From: Dehalococcoidia bacterium
GTDB taxonomy: Bacteria; Chloroflexota; Dehalococcoidia; Lucifugimonadales; GCA-2712585
Assembly (NCBI GenBank): GCA_965247585.1
Contig: CBDFHC010000004.1
Coordinates: 66,554 to 130,553, forward strand
Direction: 5' to 3'
Length of the DNA stretch: 64,000 nt
Under the pieces are notes generated by a model, which searched no databases, was not told the DNA's origin, and saw nothing but the letters and a program-made list of their open reading frames with translations. Position 1 is the first letter of the stretch. The number at the start of each line of letters is the position of its first letter. Made by a program: the position numbers and the translations under genes. Of the stretch, positions 27,500-36,567 are shown piece by piece.

Positions 27500-27616
27500 T
27501 CTTCGCCCTGCGCAGGGTGCGCTTTTCCAAAGCCCGGGCTGTCCCTTTGGGGGAGGAAGGTGTGTTGTTGGGAAGTGAGCGGAGGCACGGAAATAGCACC
27601 TAGGGTAGTAGCTACG

Positions 27617-27646
27617 TTGACTAGGGGTTACGGGCGAAACTAGACT
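27617..27646 (+). promoter_or_regulatory. Candidate sigma70-like promoter for the amidohydrolase gene
   Basis: ttgact (27617-27622), an 18-nt spacer, then tagact (27641-27646), about 78 nt upstream of the ATG at 27724. This is a motif match only. Confidence 0.25.
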
Positions 27647-27723
27647 ATCGCTATTCAGTAGTCGTGCCCGGGCCGGAGTAGAGCGGTCCGCCAGGGCGCG
27701 GCGGTGTTCGACGGAGGGCGGTC

Positions 27724-28842
27724 ATGACAGTAACGCAGGTTATCTCAGCGGACTCGCACGTGCTGGAGCCGTCAGAGATTTACGTGGAGCGGATGGCGCC
27801 CGAGTACCGGGACAAGGCGCCGCGCGTGGTGCGGAACCCGGGGGACCGGGAAGGCGAGTTCTGGACGTTCGAGGAGCGGCCACTGTTGACGGCGGTGGAG
27901 GGGTTTTTCGCAGGGCCAAGCCGGGACAGCTACGACGAGATAGCGGAGCACCTGAGGACGGCGCGATACGAGGACCGGCTGCCGGGGTCTTATGACCCGG
28001 CGGCACGGTTGAAGGATATGGAGAAGGATGGCACATACGCGGAAGTGATGTACCCGACGTACCCGCTGGGGTTGTTCACGGTCAAGGACGGGGGGCTACA
28101 ACGGGACCTGTTCCGAGTGTACAACGACTGGCTGGCGGAGTTTTGCGCATACGCGCCGGAGCAGCTGGTGGGACTGGGGCTGGTCTCTATCTGGGACGTG
28201 GAGGCGGCGGTGTTGGAGGTGCGGCGGTGCGCCAAGATTGGGCTGAAAGGGGTGGTGATAGTGGCTTATCCACCGGAGGAGCTGGGCTACAACCAGCGGA
28301 TGTACGACCCGCTGTGGGCCGAGGCAGAAGCGAACGGAACGCCGATTAGCCTGCACGCGTTCACCGGGTTCGGAATTGAGGACTCGACGGAGCATCCACG
28401 TTACCGGCACGCGTGCCTGCACCATGCGGCGCAGCGGTCGTTGACGCAGATAATCTATTACGGGGTATTCGACCGATTTCCAGCGTTGAAGATAGTGCTG
28501 GCGGAATTCGACATTGGGTGGGTGCCGCACTACTTGTGGCTGGCGGACGACAAGTACCGGATGAGGCACGAGAACCCGGAGATTACACCCAAGAAGAAAC
28601 CCAGCGAGTATTTTCGGGCAAACGTATTCGCCGATTTTATTGACGACCCCATAGGGCTGAAGAACACAGACATCATTGGCGAGGACAACTACATGTGGTC
28701 CAACGACTACCCGCACTGGGAGAGTAGCTGGCCGCGGTCTCAGGAGTATATAGAGCGTAACTTCCAGGGGGTGTCCGAGGAGATAAGACGGAAGATCACC
28801 AGGGACAATGCGGCGAAGCTTTACGGGCTGTCGGTGGGGTAA
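27724..28842 (+). CDS. Amidohydrolase-2 family metal-dependent hydrolase (ACMSD-like)
   Basis: 372 aa. The N-terminal ISADSHVLEP metal-binding motif and overall TIM-barrel hydrolase pattern fit this family. SD ggaggg. Confidence 0.8.
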   Translation: MTVTQVISADSHVLEPSEIYVERMAPEYRDKAPRVVRNPGDREGEFWTFEERPLLTAVEGFFAGPSRDSYDEIAEHLRTARYEDRLPGSYDPAARLKDMEKDGTYAEVMYPTYPLGLFTVKDGGLQRDLFRVYNDWLAEFCAYAPEQLVGLGLVSIWDVEAAVLEVRRCAKIGLKGVVIVAYPPEELGYNQRMYDPLWAEAEANGTPISLHAFTGFGIEDSTEHPRYRHACLHHAAQRSLTQIIYYGVFDRFPALKIVLAEFDIGWVPHYLWLADDKYRMRHENPEITPKKKPSEYFRANVFADFIDDPIGLKNTDIIGEDNYMWSNDYPHWESSWPRSQEYIERNFQGVSEEIRRKITRDNAAKLYGLSVG

Positions 28843-28858
28843 GAGGTGTGGAGGTATT

Positions 28859-29305
28859 GCGCGGTATGGGCTCGTCCTTCCCTTCGACTAGCTCAGGATA
28901 AACTTGCCTCAGAACTTGTGAACCAATTGAGCTGGGACAGCGCTAGTGGGCGTCAGGATTGGACACGTAGAGAGGGTTGCGAATCACAGGTTGGTGGTGC
29001 CCACCCACGACCACCCAGTGAGGTTTAATTTCTGAGGGACACCCTCAGACTCCCGGCAGAAGGGCTGCGCCCCTCTGCACTCCTCCTAGTTGGGCGCAGA
29101 TAGACTAGAGACGGCGCTATTTACATTGGAATGACATGGCTTATGTGGAGGTTCAACGCGGGGAAATGAGACGCTGAAAAAGCCGACGAAGCCAAAAACT
29201 CACAGGGCCTCAGGATGAGCGGGTTGGTGGCGCAGAGGAGCGGGTATCGGACGGCGGTTCTCACGCCCTCTTAATCTCCCCCTATCGAGGGGGTGAGAAT
29301 TTTCG
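28859..29305 (+). repeat. Intergenic repeat cluster 15 (C-mid variant, G, A, B, C-right, C-mid fragment, D)
   Basis: Starts 17 nt after the stop codon. G 28917-28953, A 28975-29027, B 29028-29095, C-right-like 29110-29190, C-mid fragment 29205-29235, D hairpin 29262-29305. Confidence 0.9.
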
Positions 29306-29342
29306 TATCTTAAGGGGCATTAATTACAGAGAAGGATGAACG

Positions 29343-29756
29343 ATGTCAGAGGAGAACAAGGCCCTTTTTCGCAGTTTCATAAACGACTGCATAAACAAAA
29401 AGGACGCGGCGGCGATTGACCGGCTGATTGCGCCGGACATGGTGGACCACAACCCGATGCCGGGACAAGAGCAGGGGGCGGAAGGAATGAAGGCGATGAT
29501 GACCATGTTTTTCGCCGCGTTCCCGGACATGTCGGTGACGATTGATCAGATTGTTGGGGAGGGGGACCTGGTGGTGGGGCGAATGACGACCAGCGGGACG
29601 CACAAGGGCGAAATGATGGGGATTCCGGCCACGGGCAAAAAGGTGACGTTCACCGAGATGCATATGGTGCGGATAGTGAACGGCAAGGCAACGGAGCACT
29701 GGGGCAACGCCGATGACCTGGGGATGATGCAGCAGCTAGGGGTGATAGAGGGCTAG
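29343..29756 (+). CDS. Ester cyclase / SnoaL-like polyketide cyclase family protein
   Basis: 137 aa. NKALFRSFINDCINKKDAAAIDRLIAPDMVDHNP and GKATEHWGNADDLGMMQQLG are typical of the ester-cyclase subgroup. Confidence 0.8.
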   Translation: MSEENKALFRSFINDCINKKDAAAIDRLIAPDMVDHNPMPGQEQGAEGMKAMMTMFFAAFPDMSVTIDQIVGEGDLVVGRMTTSGTHKGEMMGIPATGKKVTFTEMHMVRIVNGKATEHWGNADDLGMMQQLGVIEG

Positions 29757-29770
29757 TAAGGGTAAGAATA

Positions 29771-29835
29771 GTTTCTGAGGGACTCCCTCAGCCTCCCGGC
29801 AGGGAACCCAGGTTCCCTGCACCCTCCTGTTTGGT
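29771..29835 (+). repeat. Intergenic repeat cluster 16 (solo B)
   Basis: gtttctgagggactccctcagcctcccggcagggaacccaggttccctgcaccctcctgtttgg, lying between convergent genes. Confidence 0.9.
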
Positions 29836-29861
29836 GGCGTAGGTTTTCGAAATGGGTGAAG

Positions 29862-31046
29862 CTAAGCGCGGGCTTCTGCCTTTCGGAAGGCGGGGAGGAC
29901 CTTCTCGCCCATGAGCTCTATGGAGCGCATCACCTTTTCGTGGGGGATGGTCTCGGTCTGCATGAGCATGATGAGCTGGTCGACGCCGATGTCCTCGTAC
30001 TGCTTGATGGACTGGATGCAGCTTTCCGGGTTGCCGGCGACGATGACGGCGCGCTCCCAGAGGGTCTTGGCGTCCATCTGGGCGAAAGCGGCGCGGGCGG
30101 CACTGGGTCCTGAATCCAAGGTGATTCCCACCTCTTCGGCGCGCTCCTTGTGCTCCGCATCGGACTGACGGATCCAGCGAGCGAAGTCGGCCTGGAGGTG
30201 ATCGGGGACGCCGCCCCAAGCGCCGAGGAGGTCTTCGTAGACGCCGATGCGGTCTCGGACGTAGGGCTTGTCCGGGCCGAAGAAGGTCTTCAGCGACAGG
30301 GCGGCGAGCTCCTTGGCGGCGGTGTCATCTTCGTCACAATAGGCGATGGTGTTGTTGGCCCACTGCTCGTTGACGAAGGCGCCCACTGGAGTGGCGTTGC
30401 GGATGTTCTGGTGATAGGTCTTGACGTGCTCAGCCAGGATGGATGGGGCGTTGGAGGAGGAGGAGAGAACGCCGAGGCCTTTTTCGGCGGCGAGGGCGTA
30501 GGTGGAGGCCTGCTGGCAGGCGAGCCACATAGGGGGATGGGGCTTCTGGACGGGCTTGGGCAACACCTTGCGCGGGGGGACGTTCCAGAACTTGCCCTCC
30601 CAGGAGAACTCGTCTGACTGCCATATTTGGGGGATCATGGAGATGGACTCCTGCCACAGGTCCCGGGTGTCACGGGGGTCCACGCCCATGCCGGTCTGCT
30701 CGTAGGCGCTGGAGCGTCCGGAGCCGAAGTCGACGCGGCCGTCGGTGAGCTGGTCGACCATGGCGACGCGCTCGGCGACACGGACGGGGTGGTGGTAGGG
30801 TAGGATGGAGACGCCGAAGCCGATGCGGATGCGTTTGGTGCGCTGGCTGAGGGCGCCCATGAGGACCTCGGGGCAAGGGGAGGCGGAGAAGCCAGTGAGG
30901 AAGTGGTGCTCGACGAACCAGAGGTAGTCGAACCCGACGCGGTCGGCCAGCTCGCACTGGTCCAGGGTCTCTTTGTAGAGGAGGTTTTCGTCGACGTGAC
31001 CGTTGGTCATGGCGCGCTGGGTCTCATATAGCAGGCCAAATTTCAT
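29862..31046 (-). CDS. LLM-class (luciferase-like) flavin-dependent oxidoreductase, copy 2
   Basis: 394 aa. N-terminus MKFGLLYETQ, collinear with the LLM protein at 2487. SD aaggagg. Confidence 0.85.
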   Translation of the reverse strand: MKFGLLYETQRAMTNGHVDENLLYKETLDQCELADRVGFDYLWFVEHHFLTGFSASPCPEVLMGALSQRTKRIRIGFGVSILPYHHPVRVAERVAMVDQLTDGRVDFGSGRSSAYEQTGMGVDPRDTRDLWQESISMIPQIWQSDEFSWEGKFWNVPPRKVLPKPVQKPHPPMWLACQQASTYALAAEKGLGVLSSSSNAPSILAEHVKTYHQNIRNATPVGAFVNEQWANNTIAYCDEDDTAAKELAALSLKTFFGPDKPYVRDRIGVYEDLLGAWGGVPDHLQADFARWIRQSDAEHKERAEEVGITLDSGPSAARAAFAQMDAKTLWERAVIVAGNPESCIQSIKQYEDIGVDQLIMLMQTETIPHEKVMRSIELMGEKVLPAFRKAEARA

Positions 31047-31261
31047 CTGTTTTCCTCCTTGGGCGAATGGGGGGCGCGGCGCTCAGTATAGTCTACCGGT
31101 TCCCGTCTAGGAAGAATGGTGGCACCGAGGGGCCAGCCGGCACGGTGCTGCTTTGGATATAATTGGGGTCTATCTACAGGGGTATGAAGTCTGCCAAATA
31201 TGCCAGGCCCAGTGGCAGTCAGGTTTTGCGGTGGGTATGGGACGGGAGATTGACCCATTGC

Positions 31262-31408
31262 GAAGGGTATCGCAACCACAGGGGTCTCAAAATTGGAGGT
31301 TGGTGGTTCCCACCATCCCGCCCAGGAAGGTTTTTGAAATGTTTTTCTGAGGGACACCCTCAGACTCCCGGCAGCCACCACCCAGGTTCCCTGCACCTTC
31401 CTGTGTGG
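31262..31408 (+). repeat. Intergenic repeat cluster 17 (A, B)
   Basis: A 31262-31335. B 31343-31408 carrying the arm-less hairpin-2 variant gcagccaccacccaggttccctgc (31371-31394). Confidence 0.9.
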
Positions 31409-31454
31409 CGGGCAACAGAAGAAGAGTCGGTCCTATTTTCGAGAGGTTAAGACT

Positions 31455-33434
31455 ATGAAGACACGGATCAGACTGGACATTGAGATAAGGGAGGCTTTCG
31501 CGGAGGGGGCCGGGTTCGGGGAGGCGGGACCGTACGAGAAGCTAGAGGGCTGGGTGCATTTCGCGGTGGACCCGGAGGCGGCGGAGAACGCGATGGTGGT
31601 GGACATTCAGAATGCGCCGCAGAACGGCGACGGGCTGGTGGAGTATTCGACGGAGTTCTGCATCCTGAAACCGGCGGTGCTGAGCAAGGGAAGCCGGCGG
31701 CTGGTATTCGACGTGTGCAACCGGGGGAATAAGCGGCTGCTGCAGTACTTCAACGACGCGCCGCAGGTGGACCGGCCCACCACGCTGGAAGATGCGGGCA
31801 ACGGGTTCCTGATGCGCCGAGGGCACACGGTGGTGTGGTGCGGGTGGCAGGGTGACGTCCGGCCGGTGGAGGGCCGGATGACGATGAAGGTGCCCACGGC
31901 CACGGAGAACGGCAAGGAGATCACGGGCCCGGTGCGGATGGAGTACGTCCCTTCGGAGGAAGGAACTGTAAGCGTGCCGCTGAGCGGCAACGACCACACG
32001 GCGAGCTACGAGACAGTGTCGCTAGATACGTCGGGGGCGAGGCTCACGTACCGGCATTACCCATACGACCAGCGAATCGAGATACCGCCGGAGGAGTGGC
32101 GGTTCGCGGAGGTGGGGGACAGGGGCAAGCCCGAGCCGTCAAGCAGACATTGCTACTTGCCTTCGGGGTTCAGGCCGGGTTGGATTTACGAGCTAGTGTA
32201 CACGGGGAAGAACCCCACGGTGTTGGGGCTGGGTTTCCTGGCGGTGCCGGACCTGGTCTCTTTTTTACGCCATGCGGCGGTGGACGACGAGGGCACGACC
32301 AATCCCCTGCGTGACGAGGGCATTCAAATGGAGAAGGCGTATGCGTGGGGGATATCGCAGAGCGGGCGCTACCTGAGAGAGTTTGTTTACCGGGGCTACA
32401 ACCTGGACGCGGAGGGCAGCAAGGTGTTCGACGGGGTGTGGCCGCACGTGGCGGGGGCGGGGCGGGTTTGGCTGAACGGGCGGTTCGCGCAGCCGGGGCG
32501 GTACCCGTGCCAGCAGACCAACCACACGTATCCGTCGGACCAGTTCCCGTTCGCCTATTCGACGACGACGGACCATCACACCGGGAAGACGGACGGGATA
32601 ATGAAGCGTCCGGAGAGCGACCCGTTGCTGTTCCACACGCAGACATCCGCGGAGTACTGGGAGCGCAGAGGGTCGCTGGCGCACACGGACACGCAGGGGA
32701 ACGACGTGAAGGCGCCGGAGAATGTGCGGTTGTATCACTACACCGGGGCGCAGCACAGCAACCAACCGGGCGACCCGCCGGAGATTGGGCCGCACCGGTA
32801 CCCGACGAACCCGCTGAACGTGACGCCGATACACCGGGCGTTGCTGGACGCGTTGGATGCCTGGGCGACCCACGGGACTGCGCCGCCGGAGAGCCGGATT
32901 CCTTCGCGCGCCGACGAGAGCCTGGTGCCGACGGAGGTGGCGGGGACGAGGTTCCCCGGCATACCGGGAGTGACCAGCCCGAATGAGGGGAGCCGGCTGT
33001 ACGTGCAGGACCACGGTCTGGAATTCGAGAAGGGGATTGTATCCAAGGAGCCGACGGAGGAGGACCTGACGCGGGAGTACGTGGCGCTGGCGCCGCAGGT
33101 GGACGGGGACGGAAACGACGCGCCGGGGGTGAGGACGCCGGACGTTTCGGCGCCGCTGGCGACGTACACGGGGTGGAATTACCGGCCCAAGGAGTGGGCG
33201 GAGAATTCGCTGGACGACTTGAAGGGGAGCTACTTTCCGTTCGCGAAGAGCGAAGCGGAGCGGCGGCGTAGCGGGGACCCAAGGCTGTCTTTGGAGGAGC
33301 GGTACGGCACGCGAGGGCGGTATGTGAGGAATGTGGCAGCGGCGGCGGAACGGATGGTTGCGGAGCGGCTGCTGCTGGAGGAGGACGCGGACCGGTACGT
33401 AGAGCGGGCGATGAGGGAGGAGGGGCTGGGTTGA
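31455..33434 (+). CDS. Large conserved protein resembling the alpha/beta-hydrolase-domain (Abhydrolase_10-like) family; function unknown
   Basis: 659 aa with SD gagagg. The N-terminal pattern (F.EG..FG.AGPYEKL.G.VHFAVDP ... VEYS.EF.ILKP ... DV.NRGNK) recalls proteins annotated as alpha/beta hydrolase domain-containing. The assignment is from memory of the family pattern, not a search. Confidence 0.5.
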   Translation: MKTRIRLDIEIREAFAEGAGFGEAGPYEKLEGWVHFAVDPEAAENAMVVDIQNAPQNGDGLVEYSTEFCILKPAVLSKGSRRLVFDVCNRGNKRLLQYFNDAPQVDRPTTLEDAGNGFLMRRGHTVVWCGWQGDVRPVEGRMTMKVPTATENGKEITGPVRMEYVPSEEGTVSVPLSGNDHTASYETVSLDTSGARLTYRHYPYDQRIEIPPEEWRFAEVGDRGKPEPSSRHCYLPSGFRPGWIYELVYTGKNPTVLGLGFLAVPDLVSFLRHAAVDDEGTTNPLRDEGIQMEKAYAWGISQSGRYLREFVYRGYNLDAEGSKVFDGVWPHVAGAGRVWLNGRFAQPGRYPCQQTNHTYPSDQFPFAYSTTTDHHTGKTDGIMKRPESDPLLFHTQTSAEYWERRGSLAHTDTQGNDVKAPENVRLYHYTGAQHSNQPGDPPEIGPHRYPTNPLNVTPIHRALLDALDAWATHGTAPPESRIPSRADESLVPTEVAGTRFPGIPGVTSPNEGSRLYVQDHGLEFEKGIVSKEPTEEDLTREYVALAPQVDGDGNDAPGVRTPDVSAPLATYTGWNYRPKEWAENSLDDLKGSYFPFAKSEAERRRSGDPRLSLEERYGTRGRYVRNVAAAAERMVAERLLLEEDADRYVERAMREEGLG

Positions 33435-33451
33435 ATATCAAGGTTGTGAAC

Positions 33452-34020
33452 GGTATCTCCACCACGACGCCCTTGAATTCACAGGTTGGTGGTTCCCGCC
33501 ATCCCGCCCCGGAAGGTTTATTTCTAAGGGACACCGTCAGACTCCCGCCAGAGAGATTGTGAATAAATTGACGTGGCACAAAGGTAGTGGGCGCAGGGGT
33601 TGGATGTGCTCTCCCGTCGCTACCAGATTCCTCAATCCTGACGCACGGACTCGGAATCCATCATGTTGGCCTCCAGCACCAGGGAGGATGACAAAAGAGT
33701 GGCGGCTATCATCCATGGTGACCGGTATAGCTACTACAAAGGATTGCAAATCACAGGCTGGTGGTTCCCACCGTCCCGCCCCGGAAGGTTTAAGAAACGA
33801 ATTTCTGAGGGACACCCTCAGACTCCCGCCAGAGGGGGATGGCCCCCTCTGGACTCCCCCTTAGTAGGCGCAGGTTGAGTAGGGACGGTGCTATGTTCAT
33901 AGGAATGACGTGTCTTGTGCGGACGTTCGGCGCCCGAACATGCAACGCTGGAAACATGGAAGAAGGCAAGAATTCACAAATTCAGAGGGAGTCTCGCCCT
34001 CTGCACTCCCCCGTTGGGGC
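33452..34020 (+). repeat. Intergenic repeat cluster 18 (A, truncated B, G, C-left variant, F-like, A, B, C-right, B hairpin-2 tail)
   Basis: About 570 bp made almost entirely of modules. Truncated B/G junction at 33541-33575 (actcccgccagagagattgtgaataaattgacg). Second B 33801-33870 has a perfect hairpin 2 ccagaggggg-atgg-ccccctctgg (33829-33852). Confidence 0.9.
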
Positions 34021-34078
34021 TAACCTTGTTGGGGGGAGGACTATGAGCCGGGTTGTTTTTGAGGCGAGAGCGGCATAG

Positions 34079-35167
34079 ATGGGGGAGAGTACATTTCGAT
34101 ACATATTGCACGCCGACCTGGACGCGTTCTATGCGTCGGTGGAGCAGCGGGACAACCCGGAACTGAAGGGGAGGCCAGTGGTGGTGGGCGGGGCACCGGA
34201 GTCGCGGGGCGTGGTGGCGGCGGCGAGCTACGAGGCGCGGGAGTACGGGGTGAGGTCGGCGATGCCGATGGCGACGGCGGTGCGGCTTTGCCCGGAGCTA
34301 ATGCGGGTGTCGGCGCACTTCGACCGGTACCGAGAGGTGTCGCGCCAGATCATGGCGCTGTTCCGGGAGGTGACGCCGCTGGTGGAGCCATTGTCGCTGG
34401 ACGAGGCGTACCTGGACATCAGCAACACGGTGGCACCGGAGGAGGTGGAGGAAACGGCCCGGGGGCTTAAGGAAAGTGTGCGCCGGGTGACGGAGCTGGC
34501 GGTGACGATCGGAGGGGGAACGTCCAAGAGTGTGGCGAAGATAGCGTCACAACTGGGGAAGCCGGACGGACTGTTGCTGGTGCCAGCAGGGGAGGAGCCG
34601 GGGTTCCTTTCGCCGCTGGAGGTCGGGATGCTGTGGGGGGTGGGGCCGAAGACCGCGGAGTCGCTGGAGCGGCACGGAATCCTGACCATTGGCGACGTGG
34701 CGGAGTGCGAGGAGGAATGGCTGCGGCAGAACTTCGGCAAGCGGGGCCCGGAGTTGAAGGATCGGGCGCTGGGTATAGACCCCAGCCCGGTGTCGCCGCA
34801 CCGTGACACGAAGTCTGTGAGCTCGGAGACGACGATGGCGACGGACGTGGACGACGAGGCGGAGCTTCGAGGGATTGTGGAGGAGTTGTCGCGGGACGTG
34901 GCGGGGAGCCTGCAGCAGAAGGGGCTGAAGGGGAAGACGCTGTCAATAAAGCTGCGGCTCTCGGACTTCACCACGTTCACGCGGCAGACGAGGCTGGGGA
35001 CGCCGACCAACGATTTCGGGGTGATGTACCGCGGGGCGTACGCGCTAATGAGGAAGGAGCTGACGCCGGGCCGGAGGTTCCGGCTGGTGGGGGTGGGGAT
35101 GAGCAACTTCCGGGAGGAGTACCAGCTATCGTTGTTGGGGGAGGGGGATGGGATGGTGCAGTCGTAG
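34079..35167 (+). CDS. dinB: DNA polymerase IV (Y-family, DinB)
   Basis: 362 aa. HADLDAFYASVEQRDNPELKGRPVVVGG and SLDEAYLD are the canonical DinB/UmuC motifs. Confidence 0.9.
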   Translation: MGESTFRYILHADLDAFYASVEQRDNPELKGRPVVVGGAPESRGVVAAASYEAREYGVRSAMPMATAVRLCPELMRVSAHFDRYREVSRQIMALFREVTPLVEPLSLDEAYLDISNTVAPEEVEETARGLKESVRRVTELAVTIGGGTSKSVAKIASQLGKPDGLLLVPAGEEPGFLSPLEVGMLWGVGPKTAESLERHGILTIGDVAECEEEWLRQNFGKRGPELKDRALGIDPSPVSPHRDTKSVSSETTMATDVDDEAELRGIVEELSRDVAGSLQQKGLKGKTLSIKLRLSDFTTFTRQTRLGTPTNDFGVMYRGAYALMRKELTPGRRFRLVGVGMSNFREEYQLSLLGEGDGMVQS

Positions 35168-35168
35168 G

Positions 35169-36143
35169 ATGGCGACGCTAGTCACAGGCGGAGGCGGATT
35201 TGTTGGGGCGAATATTGTAAAGGCGCTGGCCGAGAACGGGCACTCGGTGCTGTCGGTGGACATCGAACCGGCGGGGGAGTTGGTGCGGACATATTTGGCG
35301 CCGTGGCGGGAGCGGGTCAGGTGGAAGCAGGAAGATGTTATGTCGCTGGACTTCTTGGAAAGCGTGGCCAAGGGGCAGTCCGTAGAGAAGATTGTGCACG
35401 CGGCAACTTACACCGTACACGACGACGCGCTGGAGAAGTCGGACAGCCGCCGCGTGGTGGAGACCAATATCATGGGTACGCTAAACGCGCTGGAGTTGGC
35501 GCGTCGGTTGAAGGTGAAGCGGTTCCTGTACGTGAGCACCGCCGGGGTGTACGAGGGAGTGAGGACAGAGAAAGAGTTTCTGAAGGAAGAGTTGCCGCTG
35601 GACTCCCGGGCGCTGTATCGGGCGACCAAGTACGCCGGGGAGCTGCTGACGCGGAGGTATGGGGAGCTGCACGGTTTCGAGACTGTGAGCGTCCGGTTTG
35701 GGAATTTGTATGGGCCGATGGAGAGGATGACGCCGTACCGGTCGTTGATGTCGGTGCCGTACCACTGGACGGGCAGCGTTGTGAGAGGCGAACCGATACG
35801 GGCACTGCCGGACCGGTATGGCTTCGACATGACCTACGTGCTGGACGTTGCTGAAGCGATTCGTTTGTTGCTGGACGCGCCGGTGCTGGAGCACCCGGTG
35901 TACAACGTTGCCGCGGGCCGGGTGTTACATCTGCGGGATATGGTGGAGGCGATACGCGAGGCGTTACCGGAGGTTAAGTTCCAGGAGCCGTTGCCGGAGG
36001 AGGAAGGGCAGTCGGTGTCCATTGCCAAGGCGTTGGACGGCAGCAGGATCAGGGACGAGCTGGGGTGGGAGCCCCGGTACGACGTTGTCGCCGGGCTGCG
36101 CGACTACCTGGAGTGGCGGCGGGGGTTTCCGGTGGGGCATTAG
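35169..36143 (+). CDS. NAD-dependent epimerase/dehydratase family protein (extended SDR)
   Basis: Starts MATLVTGGGGFVGANIV (GxxGxxG) and carries the catalytic YRATK. I moved the start to the ATG at 35169, 2 nt after the dinB stop; the track ORF starts at 35148. Confidence 0.85.
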   Translation: MATLVTGGGGFVGANIVKALAENGHSVLSVDIEPAGELVRTYLAPWRERVRWKQEDVMSLDFLESVAKGQSVEKIVHAATYTVHDDALEKSDSRRVVETNIMGTLNALELARRLKVKRFLYVSTAGVYEGVRTEKEFLKEELPLDSRALYRATKYAGELLTRRYGELHGFETVSVRFGNLYGPMERMTPYRSLMSVPYHWTGSVVRGEPIRALPDRYGFDMTYVLDVAEAIRLLLDAPVLEHPVYNVAAGRVLHLRDMVEAIREALPEVKFQEPLPEEEGQSVSIAKALDGSRIRDELGWEPRYDVVAGLRDYLEWRRGFPVGH

Positions 36144-36167
36144 GTGTGGGTCGCCACTATTTTAATG

Positions 36168-36510
36168 GATAACAAATCGCAGGTTGGCGCTTTCCACCAT
36201 CCCGCCCAGTAAGGTTGAAAAAACTAAGTTCTGAGGGACACCCTCAAACTCCCGCCAGAGAGTTTGTGAGTAAATTGAGCTGATACAGCGATAGTGGACG
36301 CTAAAGTTGGAGTTGCTTACCCTACCCAACCCAGATTCCTCGATCTTGACCCACGGACTCGGAATCGATCATGTTGGCGTCCAGCACCAAGGAGGGTGAA
36401 AAGAGAGTGGCGTGTGCAGCCCCTCTTAATCCCCCCCTCCATAGGGGGAGAGAATTTTGCTATTTTCATAGGATTGACGTGACTTGTTCGGCTCCTTGGA
36501 CAACGACGAC
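36168..36510 (+). repeat. Intergenic repeat cluster 19 (A, truncated B, G, C-left variant, F-like, D, C-right)
   Basis: Same module order and the same truncated-B/G junction (36248-36282, actcccgccagagagtttgtgagtaaattgagc) as cluster 18. Confidence 0.9.
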
Positions 36511-36567
36511 GGAGCGCCGAAACGGTTGGAGCAGGGCAAAGTTAACCGGCTAATAAGCGGGCAGACG

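Noticed and set aside
32170-33579. 469-aa minus-strand ORF opposite the 659-aa gene, extending into the repeat cluster
   Set aside because: The product is P/A/S/R-rich low complexity and its 5' end translates repeat modules. This is a GC-driven artefact.
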